Shown here: positions 45,766-54,076 of the stretch, piece after piece
Layout: every line of letters begins with the position of its first letter
Position numbering within the stretch: the first letter of the stretch is position 1
Source of the DNA: Candidatus Micrarchaeota archaeon
GTDB lineage: Archaea > Micrarchaeota > Micrarchaeia > Micrarchaeales > CABMGC01
Direction of reading: 5' to 3'
Length of the DNA: 64,000 bases
NCBI GenBank assembly: GCA_021797745.1
Contig: JAJZZD010000004.1
Location: 5,003-69,002, forward strand
Position numbers and translations under genes: made by a program
The notes under the pieces: model-generated
Told to the model about the DNA's origin: nothing
Seen by the model: the letters and a program-made list of their open reading frames with translations, nothing else
Database searches by the model: none

Positions 45766-46434
45766 TTAGACTCTAAGTTCGACCTTCGCTTCGAAGTCCG
45801 AAACCTTATAGTTGAATTCTTCATTGGATTTTATTAAACCTCTCGCTTTCTGCAGCTCCCTCGCAATCAGGTAGTAGGTGAGCGCGAGCGACCTGCGGCC
45901 CTTGTTGTTACATGGAACTACCAGGTCCACGAATTTCATCCAGTTGTCAGTGTCGCAAAGCGCGATAACTGGTATGTTTACTTTGCTTGCCTCTTTTACA
46001 GCCTGCCTCTCGTTCCTGGTGTCACTCACCAGTATTATCGACGGCTCTATGAAATCGTCCCTTTTCGGGTTAGTGAATATGCCAGGCATTATTCTGCCGC
46101 TTAGCAGCTTTGCCCCGGTAATCTCAGCGAACTTCTTGGCCGGAGCAGTAGCATAAACCCTGGATGCGGTTACGGCTATCTCCTCAGGCGGGTATCTCGA
46201 AAGCATTTGCGCTGCTATTTTTATCCTTTCGCTTATTGTAGGCAGGTCTAGAAGGTAAAGGCCGTCTTCTCTTACTTTGTAAATGTATCTTTTTATTCCA
46301 GGGGTTCTTATCCTGGCTCCTATCTGTATCCCGGCTTCAAGGTATTCCGACTGGTCAACCTGATCGGACTGGCTCTGCTGCTCTGATTGGACTTGCTGTC
46401 CTGATTGTTCTGCTTGAGTTTGGTCTTCCTCCAT
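45766..46434 (-). CDS. rps2: Ribosomal protein S2 (uS2) with a Gln/Glu-rich N-terminal extension
   Basis: Core ...ILVSDTRNERQAVKEASKVNIPVIALCDTDN. The first ~30 aa are low complexity. Confidence 0.85.
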   Translation of the reverse strand: MEEDQTQAEQSGQQVQSEQQSQSDQVDQSEYLEAGIQIGARIRTPGIKRYIYKVREDGLYLLDLPTISERIKIAAQMLSRYPPEEIAVTASRVYATAPAKKFAEITGAKLLSGRIMPGIFTNPKRDDFIEPSIILVSDTRNERQAVKEASKVNIPVIALCDTDNWMKFVDLVVPCNNKGRRSLALTYYLIARELQKARGLIKSNEEFNYKVSDFEAKVELRV

Positions 46435-46444
46435 TTAATCACGC

Positions 46445-46546
46445 CGGGGTCGCCGAGATTTTCACGCATAGGGTTTTGAATTCCCGCATAAGTCTCGGGT
46501 CATATGCTCCCTAAGCATATAGCCTACCAGGCTAGCAGACGACCCC
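46445..46546 (-). tRNA. Aberrant tRNA-like gene, probably tRNA-Pro, with a ~29-nt insertion in the T arm
   Basis: On the minus strand: acceptor GGGGTCG/CGACCCC, D loop AGCCTGGTA, anticodon hairpin TATGC-TTAGGGA-GCATA (reads AGG), and stem CCGAG/CTCGG enclosing 36 nt instead of a 7-nt T loop. The inner GGG-AATTCAAAA-CCC is T-loop-like. Its position between rpoN and rps2 is where I recall a tRNA-Pro in other archaeal clusters. Confidence 0.45.
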
Positions 46547-46692
46547 GCAGATATTTATTTGCAGTTGAACTTTAATATCTATCTTTCGCAAGGCAGTATG
46601 CATGTTTGCTAGGTATTTCCGCATATGCTTTTCCGATATGTTTTTTTCAAATCACATTCCTAATATCTGATTTATTTTTTTCCAATTTGGTT

Positions 46693-46893
46693 TCAGATTC
46701 TACCGAAATTTATTATCTCATCTATCAGCTCTACGTGGCTTATGAACATGCGCCTACAGCAATATCTCGTCATGCCAAGGTCGTCAAGCACCTTCTCGGG
46801 GCTTTCATTGTTCCTGTTTACCCTCCTGTCGTACTCTTCCCATCTGTCTGCCACTACCTTGCCGCATGAAAAACATCGTATTGGCATCATCAT
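46693..46893 (-). CDS. rpoN: RNA polymerase subunit N (Rpo10)
   Basis: [12 protein letters not shown]...[20 protein letters not shown] zinc-bundle signature. Confidence 0.9.
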   Translation of the reverse strand: MMMPIRCFSCGKVVADRWEEYDRRVNRNNESPEKVLDDLGMTRYCCRRMFISHVELIDEIINFGRI

Positions 46894-46897
46894 AGTA

Positions 46898-47518
46898 TCA
46901 TCTGTATGATTTCTGGAACCTTGCCCTGGCCTTAGGACCTTTGTATTTCTTCGGTTCGACCTGCCTTACATCATCGACCACAAGCGACCTATCGTAATCC
47001 AAATAAGTTTTCCTTATGGCGTCAGTTTTCGAAGCCTGCGAAATTGCTTTGGCTATCGCACTTCTTGCGGCCTGTGCCTGGCCGCTGGCGCCACCGCCAG
47101 ATACATTCACGCTAATGTCCGAACCGTTTGCCACTTCCCGCGTAAGCCTGGACAGATTGACTGGCTCAAGCATAGCTTCTTTCAGATACCTGTTTTCCAT
47201 GGCGTAAATGTCGAAATTGTTGACCGTTATTCTGCCACTGCCTTTTGCAAGCGTCGCCCTTGCGAAAGCCGTTTTCCTTCTTGAGCTCACCACTATCTGC
47301 TTGACTTTCTTGGCTGGAGCGCGCTTCTTTGCGGCAGGTGATTTTACCTGCGCTGCTTCCTCTGGCGCAGCTGCAGAAGTGCCTTTCTTTCCCACAACTT
47401 TTGCAAGCTCTTTGTTCAGCTCTTCGAACCCTTTAGACTGTTTTGCCTGCTGTGCCTGAGCGGCAGCAGCTGCGGCTGGAGTTTGGGATTGCGGCATTTG
47501 TTTCTGTTCGTCAGACAT
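46898..47518 (-). CDS. rps9: Ribosomal protein S9 (uS9) with a ~70-aa A/Q/K-rich N-terminal extension
   Basis: Core [19 protein letters not shown] with the terminal ...RFQKSYR. The N-terminus is low complexity. Confidence 0.85.
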   Translation of the reverse strand: MSDEQKQMPQSQTPAAAAAAQAQQAKQSKGFEELNKELAKVVGKKGTSAAAPEEAAQVKSPAAKKRAPAKKVKQIVVSSRRKTAFARATLAKGSGRITVNNFDIYAMENRYLKEAMLEPVNLSRLTREVANGSDISVNVSGGGASGQAQAARSAIAKAISQASKTDAIRKTYLDYDRSLVVDDVRQVEPKKYKGPKARARFQKSYR

Positions 47519-47539
47519 TTGTTCACTTCGTTAAGCTTA

Positions 47540-47971
47540 TCAGTATTTATATCCAAGACCTTCAGACAGCTCTTTTACAGTGATTGTTTTTTCGTAAACG
47601 TCTTTGCGTTCCTTGGCTTCGATATCTAAGATTTTGGCGCTCTTGAATTCCTCGGGAACGCCAATATATACTTTCAACCGTTTATAAGCATTTCTGCCCT
47701 TCTCTTTTTTGTAAGGAAGCATGCCCCTTATCACGCGCTTTACGAAGAGGTCGGGTCGTCTGGATATGTACGGGCTGTTCTCCGGATTTGCCTTGTCATG
47801 CAGCTCCACCATTACCTTGTACTTTGCCACTATCTCCTTAGGGTGTCCGCTTATCGCTGCGCGTTCGGCGTTTAACAGAACCACATCGCTGCCGTTTAGC
47901 AGCAGCTTGGCAACGACGCTTCCCAGTCTCCCCAGGATTTTTGAATCGCAATCAATTACGCAATTTGGCAT
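47540..47971 (-). CDS. rpl13: Ribosomal protein L13 (uL13)
   Basis: ILGRLGSVVAKLLLNG...RGMLPYKKEKGRNAYKRLKVY pattern. Confidence 0.85.
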   Translation of the reverse strand: MPNCVIDCDSKILGRLGSVVAKLLLNGSDVVLLNAERAAISGHPKEIVAKYKVMVELHDKANPENSPYISRRPDLFVKRVIRGMLPYKKEKGRNAYKRLKVYIGVPEEFKSAKILDIEAKERKDVYEKTITVKELSEGLGYKY

Positions 47972-48016
47972 CTGCTCACTTCCATGTCTTTGTTTTATTT
48001 CATTTAATTTAATTAA

Positions 48017-48056
48017 ATTTTATTTTATTTTATTTTATTTTATTTTATTTTATTTT
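48017..48056. repeat. Pentanucleotide microsatellite (ATTTT)x8
   Basis: Eight perfect tandem ATTTT units in the L18e-L13 spacer. Confidence 0.95.
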
Positions 48057-48067
48057 AGCAATATGAA

Positions 48068-48409
48068 TTACATTATCAGCCGTACGTCCTCCTTCGAAAG
48101 CATGTCTTTTATCTCAACTATGCTGCACTTTGAATTCTTAAGCTTTTCCAATGAGCTCTTTGAGAATTCTACTGCAGCTATGCTGAATTGCTTTGAAATG
48201 TTGCCATTTCCCAGAACCTTGCCCGGCACAGCTATGTTTTCGTTGTTCTTCGCAAGCTTGTTTATCTTGGACAAGTCCACGGCTACCCTCTGCCTCCTCG
48301 GTTTAGTGGCAACCTCTATGAACTTCCTGATGCGCTCTGCGTTCTTAGATTTAGCGTCAATTTTAATGTCTGCTATTCTTTGCACGCGTTCTTTTTCTAT
48401 TTTCCTCAT
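48068..48409 (-). CDS. rpl18e: Ribosomal protein L18e (eL18)
   Basis: Position between rpoD/tRNA-Leu and rpl13, with ...PGKVLGNGNISKQFSIAAVEFSKSSLEKL typical of L18e. Confidence 0.75.
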   Translation of the reverse strand: MRKIEKERVQRIADIKIDAKSKNAERIRKFIEVATKPRRQRVAVDLSKINKLAKNNENIAVPGKVLGNGNISKQFSIAAVEFSKSSLEKLKNSKCSIVEIKDMLSKEDVRLIM

Positions 48410-48419
48410 TTAAACACCT

Positions 48420-48520
48420 TGCAGGGGAAGGGATTTGAACCCTCGCAGGTACTAGACCACAGGAGTTCCGCGCTTTCGCACCTCAGTCCTGCGCATTTGG
48501 CCAAGCTCTGCCACCCCTGC
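48420..48520 (-). tRNA. tRNA-Leu (GAG) with a 15-nt intron at position 37/38
   Basis: On the minus strand: acceptor GCAGGGG/CCCCTGC, anticodon stem CAGGA/TCCTG around CTGAGG + TGCGAAAGCGCGGAA + C, variable arm GGT-CTAGT-ACC, and T arm GAGGG-TTCAAAT-CCCTT. Confidence 0.8.
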
Positions 48521-48543
48521 GTTAATTCTTCCGCCGGTTTTGG

Positions 48544-49134
48544 TCATTTGCCTATTTGGGCATTAACCTCTTTTAGGCTTTTGTTTATTATGTCTATTGC
48601 TTTCTTCAGTATCTCAAGGGCTGGCATCTGTCCAAATGATTCAACGTAAAAGTCATATGAGTCAGAATCTGCATTCGGCTTTATGTTCACTGCCTTGTAT
48701 GTCACTAGGCCAGGCTGGAACTTAGCGCTTGTCGAGCCAATTCCCATCACTGCCTTTCCCTCTATGCGTATGCTTTGGTTGTCTGCAAGCTTGATTATCG
48801 GTATTTTGTCGTTAGCGACCTTGACTGCTTTGTCGCTGCTTTTTAGGTCGCCTGAATAAACAATGCCTGGTCCATCTGCCTGCAGCGAGAATATGATCTG
48901 ATCTTTCTCGTCGTATCCCTTCAAGGGAGTGGATATCGGTATGAGGCCTATCCTGTGGGCTATGTATTCGTCGAATATTGCACTTGTGTTGTCGTAAAAT
49001 GTCACGGTGTCTATTGCGAAGCACGGCACCCCGGTCATGCCTATCCTCCTGACCGCATTGGCGAACTCAGCGGTAATGCCTGACAGCGTGAAGCGCAGGG
49101 CTTCGGGCGATGATTCTTCTATGTTGATTTTCAT
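48544..49134 (-). CDS. rpoD: RNA polymerase subunit D (Rpo3)
   Basis: LRFTLSGITAEFANAVRRIGMTGVPCFAIDTVTFYDNTSAIFDEYIAHRIGLIPI is the RPB3/AC40-type dimerisation domain. It is a short form without an Fe-S insert. Confidence 0.85.
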   Translation of the reverse strand: MKINIEESSPEALRFTLSGITAEFANAVRRIGMTGVPCFAIDTVTFYDNTSAIFDEYIAHRIGLIPISTPLKGYDEKDQIIFSLQADGPGIVYSGDLKSSDKAVKVANDKIPIIKLADNQSIRIEGKAVMGIGSTSAKFQPGLVTYKAVNIKPNADSDSYDFYVESFGQMPALEILKKAIDIINKSLKEVNAQIGK

Positions 49135-49255
49135 GTAACCAGCTAACCAATTGCAAAACTAGAAAGCATGGAATATATGCAGCAAAAAGCTTAAAATATG
49201 TGACTGATAGAGCACTTTACAGGCGCACTTGTTCGACATGTGCACGTAATTAAGA

Positions 49256-52200
49256 TCAAGCAAGTTTAGCCGATGCTGCTATCGGGGCATTGCCTCCAAA
49301 ACAATACAAGTAGTCATCATGAACAAAGCAGGTAGGATTGTACACGAAAGCTGCGAAGTAGGTCGTGCGTCGCCATTTGCCTATGCCGTTTAGTGAAATC
49401 GAAGCGTAAAAAGTCTGGTTGTGTGCTGGATCAAAACAGTAGATTATGCTGTTGGATGCTATGCAGCCGTTAGTGCCGCCTAGAGCGGTGGTGTTTGTCC
49501 AATTTCCAATTCCGTTTGATGTTAGTGGAGCGTAATATGAAGCGGAAATTTGATAGTATGCTCCAGAACTGCCACCCGCACAGTATATGTAACTAAATGA
49601 AAAGGCACAGCCTAGTGAAATTCCGAATAGACTTATTACTCGAACGGGGTACGACGTTGTGTTTTCCAAAGTTTCAGTACCGTTCACAGTTATCTGGCTG
49701 TATACTGATTGGTTTGTTGGAGAGAATGAGCTTCCCATGCAATATACACGGCTGAAATTTACGAAACAACTACCTTTGGTATCAAATTTTTCATTTGAAA
49801 GCAGGTGCCATGCCCCTACTGCAGCGTTACCGTTTATGGGCGCCGCGAATGACTGAAAACCGCCAGGATTAGTATTTCCGCCATAGGTGTTTCCTCCACT
49901 TATGCAGTAAAGAATGCCGTTGTAAGCAAAAAAGGTACAGCCGTAAAAGGTCATAGGATAGGAAGTCGTCTGATGCCAAGAACTAAGGTTTCCTTTTGGC
50001 AACAACTGGGCGTAGTAAACATTATTTCCTGGGTAGCTTACATTGTTCTCCTTGTAAGATCCACCGATTGCGTATACATAATTGCCGTACACTGCTACAG
50101 TTCCGCATTCAGGAGAGGAGAAGGCGCACGTGCTGTTAAATGGCGGTAGCATGTTCCATACCAACATTATTGAATTGGATTTATAGAGCGGGTCTGGTAG
50201 TATGTTGCTTATCGTCACGTTTGGCATAATTCCATTTGGCGGGAATGCCCTTACCCTAGCCCATCGCACAAGCAATCCGGCATAATTGTTGAACTGATCA
50301 GGATAGTGTTGAGTGTTATTCAGAGCCGTCACGCCTATTGCGAAGAAAACCTTGCCTATCGGTGAAGTTGAATTAGAGAACGTTTGCTGGTAATTAGTGT
50401 ACCAGTAGCTTTTTTCCATATTGTACGCGTATTGACTGTAACCTATTCCCATTACTGCAAGAGACGTAGGATAAATTCCCGTGGAATATGCGTTTGACGT
50501 GAACATGCTCTCAGTGCCTTGCTGCTCGAAAGTTCCTGTATGAGGAACGCTAGACGCTGTTGCATTTGGCACTGATGATGTAAGTGATGTTGTTGCAGGC
50601 TGCGCAGAGCCAGAATATAAGAAAACCGGCTCGATGAATATATCTGGATTTCCGATACTGCTAAGGTTGAGGTTTGGCACGGTAAAGCGGAACGTAGTAT
50701 TTGATATATTATATGTTACCTCAGACGAAAAGCCATCAGGATGCAGTTCTGAAACTACCCATTGAGCTACGTGATATCCCGGAGCAGGAGTTACATTCAC
50801 GACTACAGTCTGTCCAGGCGAATACAGTATAGAATAATTAATGATGGATATGTTACTGGCTCCGCCATAAGGCGCGCCGGCGGATATCCTGTATTGCTGT
50901 CCGCTTTGGAATTCGAGGTTTCTTGTGTTTTTTATTTTAGAAATGCGACTTTTAGCAAAAGCCTGCGCGTTGTTGAAGTTTCCAAGACCCCAATCGATAG
51001 ACATGCCGCTTGCTCCGGGTGCAGCCGGCCCAAGCGGATTTATCATACTGCCAAGCGAAACGAGATTAGATAAACCAGGCTGCATTGACGCTACGTTACC
51101 GGCGCCATTTGACAAAACAGCCAAATCGGCCTCTGCAGTTATGTTTGGACCGAACGCTTTGTTGGTAAAAAGATATTGTGATGTTGCCACGCTCTGCGAT
51201 GTGGCCAGTGCATTCAGCATTGTCCCGTTGTCCACCACAATAAATCCTTCATTAGCATTTGCATTGTTGTTAACATTGCTCCATTTGGCGTAATTAAGAT
51301 TCGAACCTGCAAAGTTGTCGTAGAAATCGAAAACGTGGGCGCCGTTGTCGTATTTTGCGTATGTGCTGCTAAGCTGCGGAGCTTCGCCAGTAGGCCCGCA
51401 TGTGGATAATATGCTGGCATTCATTGGCAGAAAGTCCATGTAAAATATCACTGAACTAGATATCGAAGGTTGCCCTGAGGCCGTTGGTTGATATTTTCCT
51501 AACGCACCTGCACGCGTTATGTTTACCCACACGATAGTGTGTGAAGATGAATTTGTGGCATTGCTCTCCACCCATGCTTGGAGCACAGCTCCGGTGGCAT
51601 TTGGATCTGTGGTGAATTCTACGTTGCTCCAATTGCCATTTATGTAGGATTTGTAATCGGAACTATTTATGACAATCATCTGCTGGAAGTTTACAGGAGC
51701 AGATATGTTTTGGTAGTTAACGACAGTGACATTAGCATAAGCAACAGGCGCTATTGACGGAGGAGTTATAGGGCATGAAAGGCCGCTACCACTGCCGCTG
51801 CCTACACCTGTGCCGCTGCCTCCGCCTCCGGAAACTGCAGTGGTAGTTATCGCACTGGCGGATGTTGTTGGGCTAGTGCTACTGCGTGTTGTATTGTTTA
51901 TGGGGGTTGTCGTGGTGGTTATCGTAATAGTCGATGTTGTTGGGCTGGGGCTAACAAGGCATGAATCGCCAGAACATGATATTACGCCGTTAGGACAGTT
52001 TTCTGTGCACGAATTAATACGCCCTGGAAACTGCGACGAATACAACGACAGGGCGCTTCTTATACTGGGAAAGCCGGTGATGTTACTAATCAATGAAGGG
52101 AAATAAGAAGAAGGTACTTTGAACGCTGTGGCGTTTGGCGTCGCGTTCTGCTGCGCAACAGCAGGCGTTCTGCCATACATTAAGTACACAATCACCCCAA

Positions 52201-52363
52201 TTATAGCTATGATAACGGCTATTAAAATCAGATATTTTGCTTTCTTCGAATGCAGCTTAGCCGCTTGAGAGGGCATCGCCGATTGCGGCGCAGCGCTGTT
52301 CAAGGCATTGCGATTCTGTGCATTTGCAGACGTCTCGGAATTTCCTGACGAAGAATCAACCAT
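49256..52363 (-). CDS. 1035-aa signal-anchored surface protein: Thr/Ser linker, lectin/LamG-like middle, six Kelch-like blades at the C-terminus
   Basis: N-terminal TM YLILIAVIIAIIGVIVYLMY and a poly-T/S/G linker. The segment VNYQNISAPVNFQQMIVINSSDY...NVEFT recalls DUF2341/LamG-type surface domains. Six repeats of the type Y-x-Y/C-x-GG occur (YVYAIGG, ILYCISGG, VYCMGSS, YIYCAGGS, IIYCFDP, YLYCFGGN). It is very sequon-rich. Confidence 0.7.
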   Translation of the reverse strand: MVDSSSGNSETSANAQNRNALNSAAPQSAMPSQAAKLHSKKAKYLILIAVIIAIIGVIVYLMYGRTPAVAQQNATPNATAFKVPSSYFPSLISNITGFPSIRSALSLYSSQFPGRINSCTENCPNGVISCSGDSCLVSPSPTTSTITITTTTTPINNTTRSSTSPTTSASAITTTAVSGGGGSGTGVGSGSGSGLSCPITPPSIAPVAYANVTVVNYQNISAPVNFQQMIVINSSDYKSYINGNWSNVEFTTDPNATGAVLQAWVESNATNSSSHTIVWVNITRAGALGKYQPTASGQPSISSSVIFYMDFLPMNASILSTCGPTGEAPQLSSTYAKYDNGAHVFDFYDNFAGSNLNYAKWSNVNNNANANEGFIVVDNGTMLNALATSQSVATSQYLFTNKAFGPNITAEADLAVLSNGAGNVASMQPGLSNLVSLGSMINPLGPAAPGASGMSIDWGLGNFNNAQAFAKSRISKIKNTRNLEFQSGQQYRISAGAPYGGASNISIINYSILYSPGQTVVVNVTPAPGYHVAQWVVSELHPDGFSSEVTYNISNTTFRFTVPNLNLSSIGNPDIFIEPVFLYSGSAQPATTSLTSSVPNATASSVPHTGTFEQQGTESMFTSNAYSTGIYPTSLAVMGIGYSQYAYNMEKSYWYTNYQQTFSNSTSPIGKVFFAIGVTALNNTQHYPDQFNNYAGLLVRWARVRAFPPNGIMPNVTISNILPDPLYKSNSIMLVWNMLPPFNSTCAFSSPECGTVAVYGNYVYAIGGSYKENNVSYPGNNVYYAQLLPKGNLSSWHQTTSYPMTFYGCTFFAYNGILYCISGGNTYGGNTNPGGFQSFAAPINGNAAVGAWHLLSNEKFDTKGSCFVNFSRVYCMGSSFSPTNQSVYSQITVNGTETLENTTSYPVRVISLFGISLGCAFSFSYIYCAGGSSGAYYQISASYYAPLTSNGIGNWTNTTALGGTNGCIASNSIIYCFDPAHNQTFYASISLNGIGKWRRTTYFAAFVYNPTCFVHDDYLYCFGGNAPIAASAKLA

Positions 52364-52442
52364 TATTTCACTGTTTGACAGTCGGCTAATCAGTCAATTA
52401 GCGCTGATTAATATTTAAGAGAGCATGTTTATATTTGCTGCC

Positions 52443-52476
52443 AGAAAATAAGAAAATAAGAAAACAAGAAAACAAG
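52443..52476. repeat. Purine-rich octamer tandem repeat (AGAAAATA x2, AGAAAACA x2)
   Basis: Four contiguous 8-nt units, 15 nt upstream of the ORF starting at 52491, in the divergent intergenic region. Confidence 0.8.
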
Positions 52477-52490
52477 TAAGGCATATTTTC

Positions 52491-53078
52491 ATGGACGTGT
52501 TTAGAGCATACGAAAAGCTAAAAGCAGGAAAGGATTTGGGCTCGGACAGGGTTTACCTAAGTTCTAGAGAAAGGATACACGCATCAATGTCTGAACTGCT
52601 AAGTCATTCCAAGGAGCTGCAGCGCAGCGCCGCATGTTCATTGAAATTCAGCGAGCTGCTAAGATACGTAACGGTAAAGGGACTTGACTACGACCTGTTC
52701 ATGTCAATTTTTGACGTCAACTCTACGCAGGCGATGCTTATGCGGATTACATCGCCGCTTGGAAAAGATGATCAGCAACACATAGTGTCTTTCATAAAGA
52801 AGCTAGGCAGGCATAACCTGGAGTTCAGGGCAATAGGAATGCAGAACGCTGACACATCGCTGTTAAATGAGATTGAAAAGGTGCATAAGTTAGCCGAATC
52901 AATAACTATGGAAATAGATCTATTCGGAAACAACACCAGGCATTTGGCGTTCGACACGAAATCAGGGATGATATTCGACATACTGCTGAACGACAGGTTT
53001 TACAAGCCGGGAGAGCTTGCCACGCGGTTGACATTGGAGGAATTCAACAAACAGAGGTCAAAACTCGAGTTTAAGTAA
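52491..53078 (+). CDS. Hypothetical protein
   Basis: 195-aa ORF with no motif recognised. Its 3' end overlaps the convergent ligT-like gene by 21 nt. Confidence 0.45.
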   Translation: MDVFRAYEKLKAGKDLGSDRVYLSSRERIHASMSELLSHSKELQRSAACSLKFSELLRYVTVKGLDYDLFMSIFDVNSTQAMLMRITSPLGKDDQQHIVSFIKKLGRHNLEFRAIGMQNADTSLLNEIEKVHKLAESITMEIDLFGNNTRHLAFDTKSGMIFDILLNDRFYKPGELATRLTLEEFNKQRSKLEFK

Positions 53079-53603
53079 ATCAGTGTACACAGGTCCGCTG
53101 CTGCTCAGGTCGCTCTTCTTCAGGCAGATTTCATTTATTTTGAATGAACCAAATTCAAAATCGGCATGTTCTTTTATGAACTCAAGGAGCGCTAATTTGT
53201 TGCCTATGCTTTTTACTCTGGCCAATGTGACGTGCGGAACGTATTCTCTAACCTGATAAGGTACCTTCTTTCTTGACAGTGCAGACCCGGCAAGATAGAA
53301 GATGCGCTTCAACTCATCGTTTCCTCGGGAAAAATCGGCAAATATGACTTTTATGAAACTTGGAGAAAAATAAGATATGCCTCTCATTTCTGCTTCGAAT
53401 TCTTGTAAACTAAGCTTTGAAACCGCTTCCTTGGCTCTCTCTGCTGTGGCTTCGTCAACTTCACCTATGAAGTTGAGCGTTATGTGCATTATACGTTTAT
53501 CGACCGGGATGAATTTGACACCTAGCTTCGACATTTCATTGTAAACGCCAACTAACTTTTCCTTTATTTCTTCTGGGATATCGATCGCTATAAATAAACG
53601 CAT
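53058..53603 (-). CDS. thpR: 2H phosphoesterase (RNA 2',3'-cyclic phosphodiesterase / LigT-ThpR family)
   Basis: Two H-x-T-x motifs (MHITLNFIG and PHVTLARV) at the expected spacing. Start MRLFIAIDIP. Confidence 0.8.
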   Translation of the reverse strand: MRLFIAIDIPEEIKEKLVGVYNEMSKLGVKFIPVDKRIMHITLNFIGEVDEATAERAKEAVSKLSLQEFEAEMRGISYFSPSFIKVIFADFSRGNDELKRIFYLAGSALSRKKVPYQVREYVPHVTLARVKSIGNKLALLEFIKEHADFEFGSFKINEICLKKSDLSSSGPVYTDLLKLEF

Positions 53604-53659
53604 GTGCAACACACTTATGGCAGCATATTTGAAATGTAATAGAAGGTTACTATGATAGT

Positions 53660-54067
53660 ATGGACGAAGATAAAATTATTATGGATAATGAAAAGCCTGG
53701 AAATAAGCCGGCAGAAAACATAATAGGCGCTGATGACAAAATCTGCATAGACGACTTCAGGAAACTCGACATTCGCGTAGGGAAGATAATCACTGCTGAG
53801 CCGCATAAGCTAGCAAGAAAGCCGATGTACAAGCTTACTGTAGACTTGGGAAGCGAGCTTGGACAGAGAACCATAGTTGCGGGCATAGCCGCAGATTACA
53901 CGCAGGATGAGCTTCTGAACAAGCTAGTAGTTTGCATAGTTAATTTGCAACCGCGGTCGATAGCAGGTATAGAGTCTCAGGGCATGCTTCTCGCGGCTTT
54001 GGACTCGGACAAAATCTCGCTGATTGAACCCGACAGAGAATTGAATCCGGGCAGTAAAATAAGCTGA
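53660..54067 (+). CDS. Stand-alone tRNA-binding OB-fold protein (Trbp111/CsaA/EMAP-like)
   Basis: FRKLDIRVGKIITAEPHKLARKPMYKLTVDLG...VVCIVNLQPRSIAGIESQGMLLAA matches the domain otherwise appended to many MetRS C-termini. Confidence 0.75.
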   Translation: MDEDKIIMDNEKPGNKPAENIIGADDKICIDDFRKLDIRVGKIITAEPHKLARKPMYKLTVDLGSELGQRTIVAGIAADYTQDELLNKLVVCIVNLQPRSIAGIESQGMLLAALDSDKISLIEPDRELNPGSKIS

Positions 54068-54076
54068 TAGTTAGGT

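Noticed and set aside
48001-48060. An AT-rich repeat tract considered as a possible CRISPR or minisatellite array
   Set aside because: The unit is only 5 nt with no spacers. It is a simple microsatellite, and no CRISPR repeats occur anywhere in the window.
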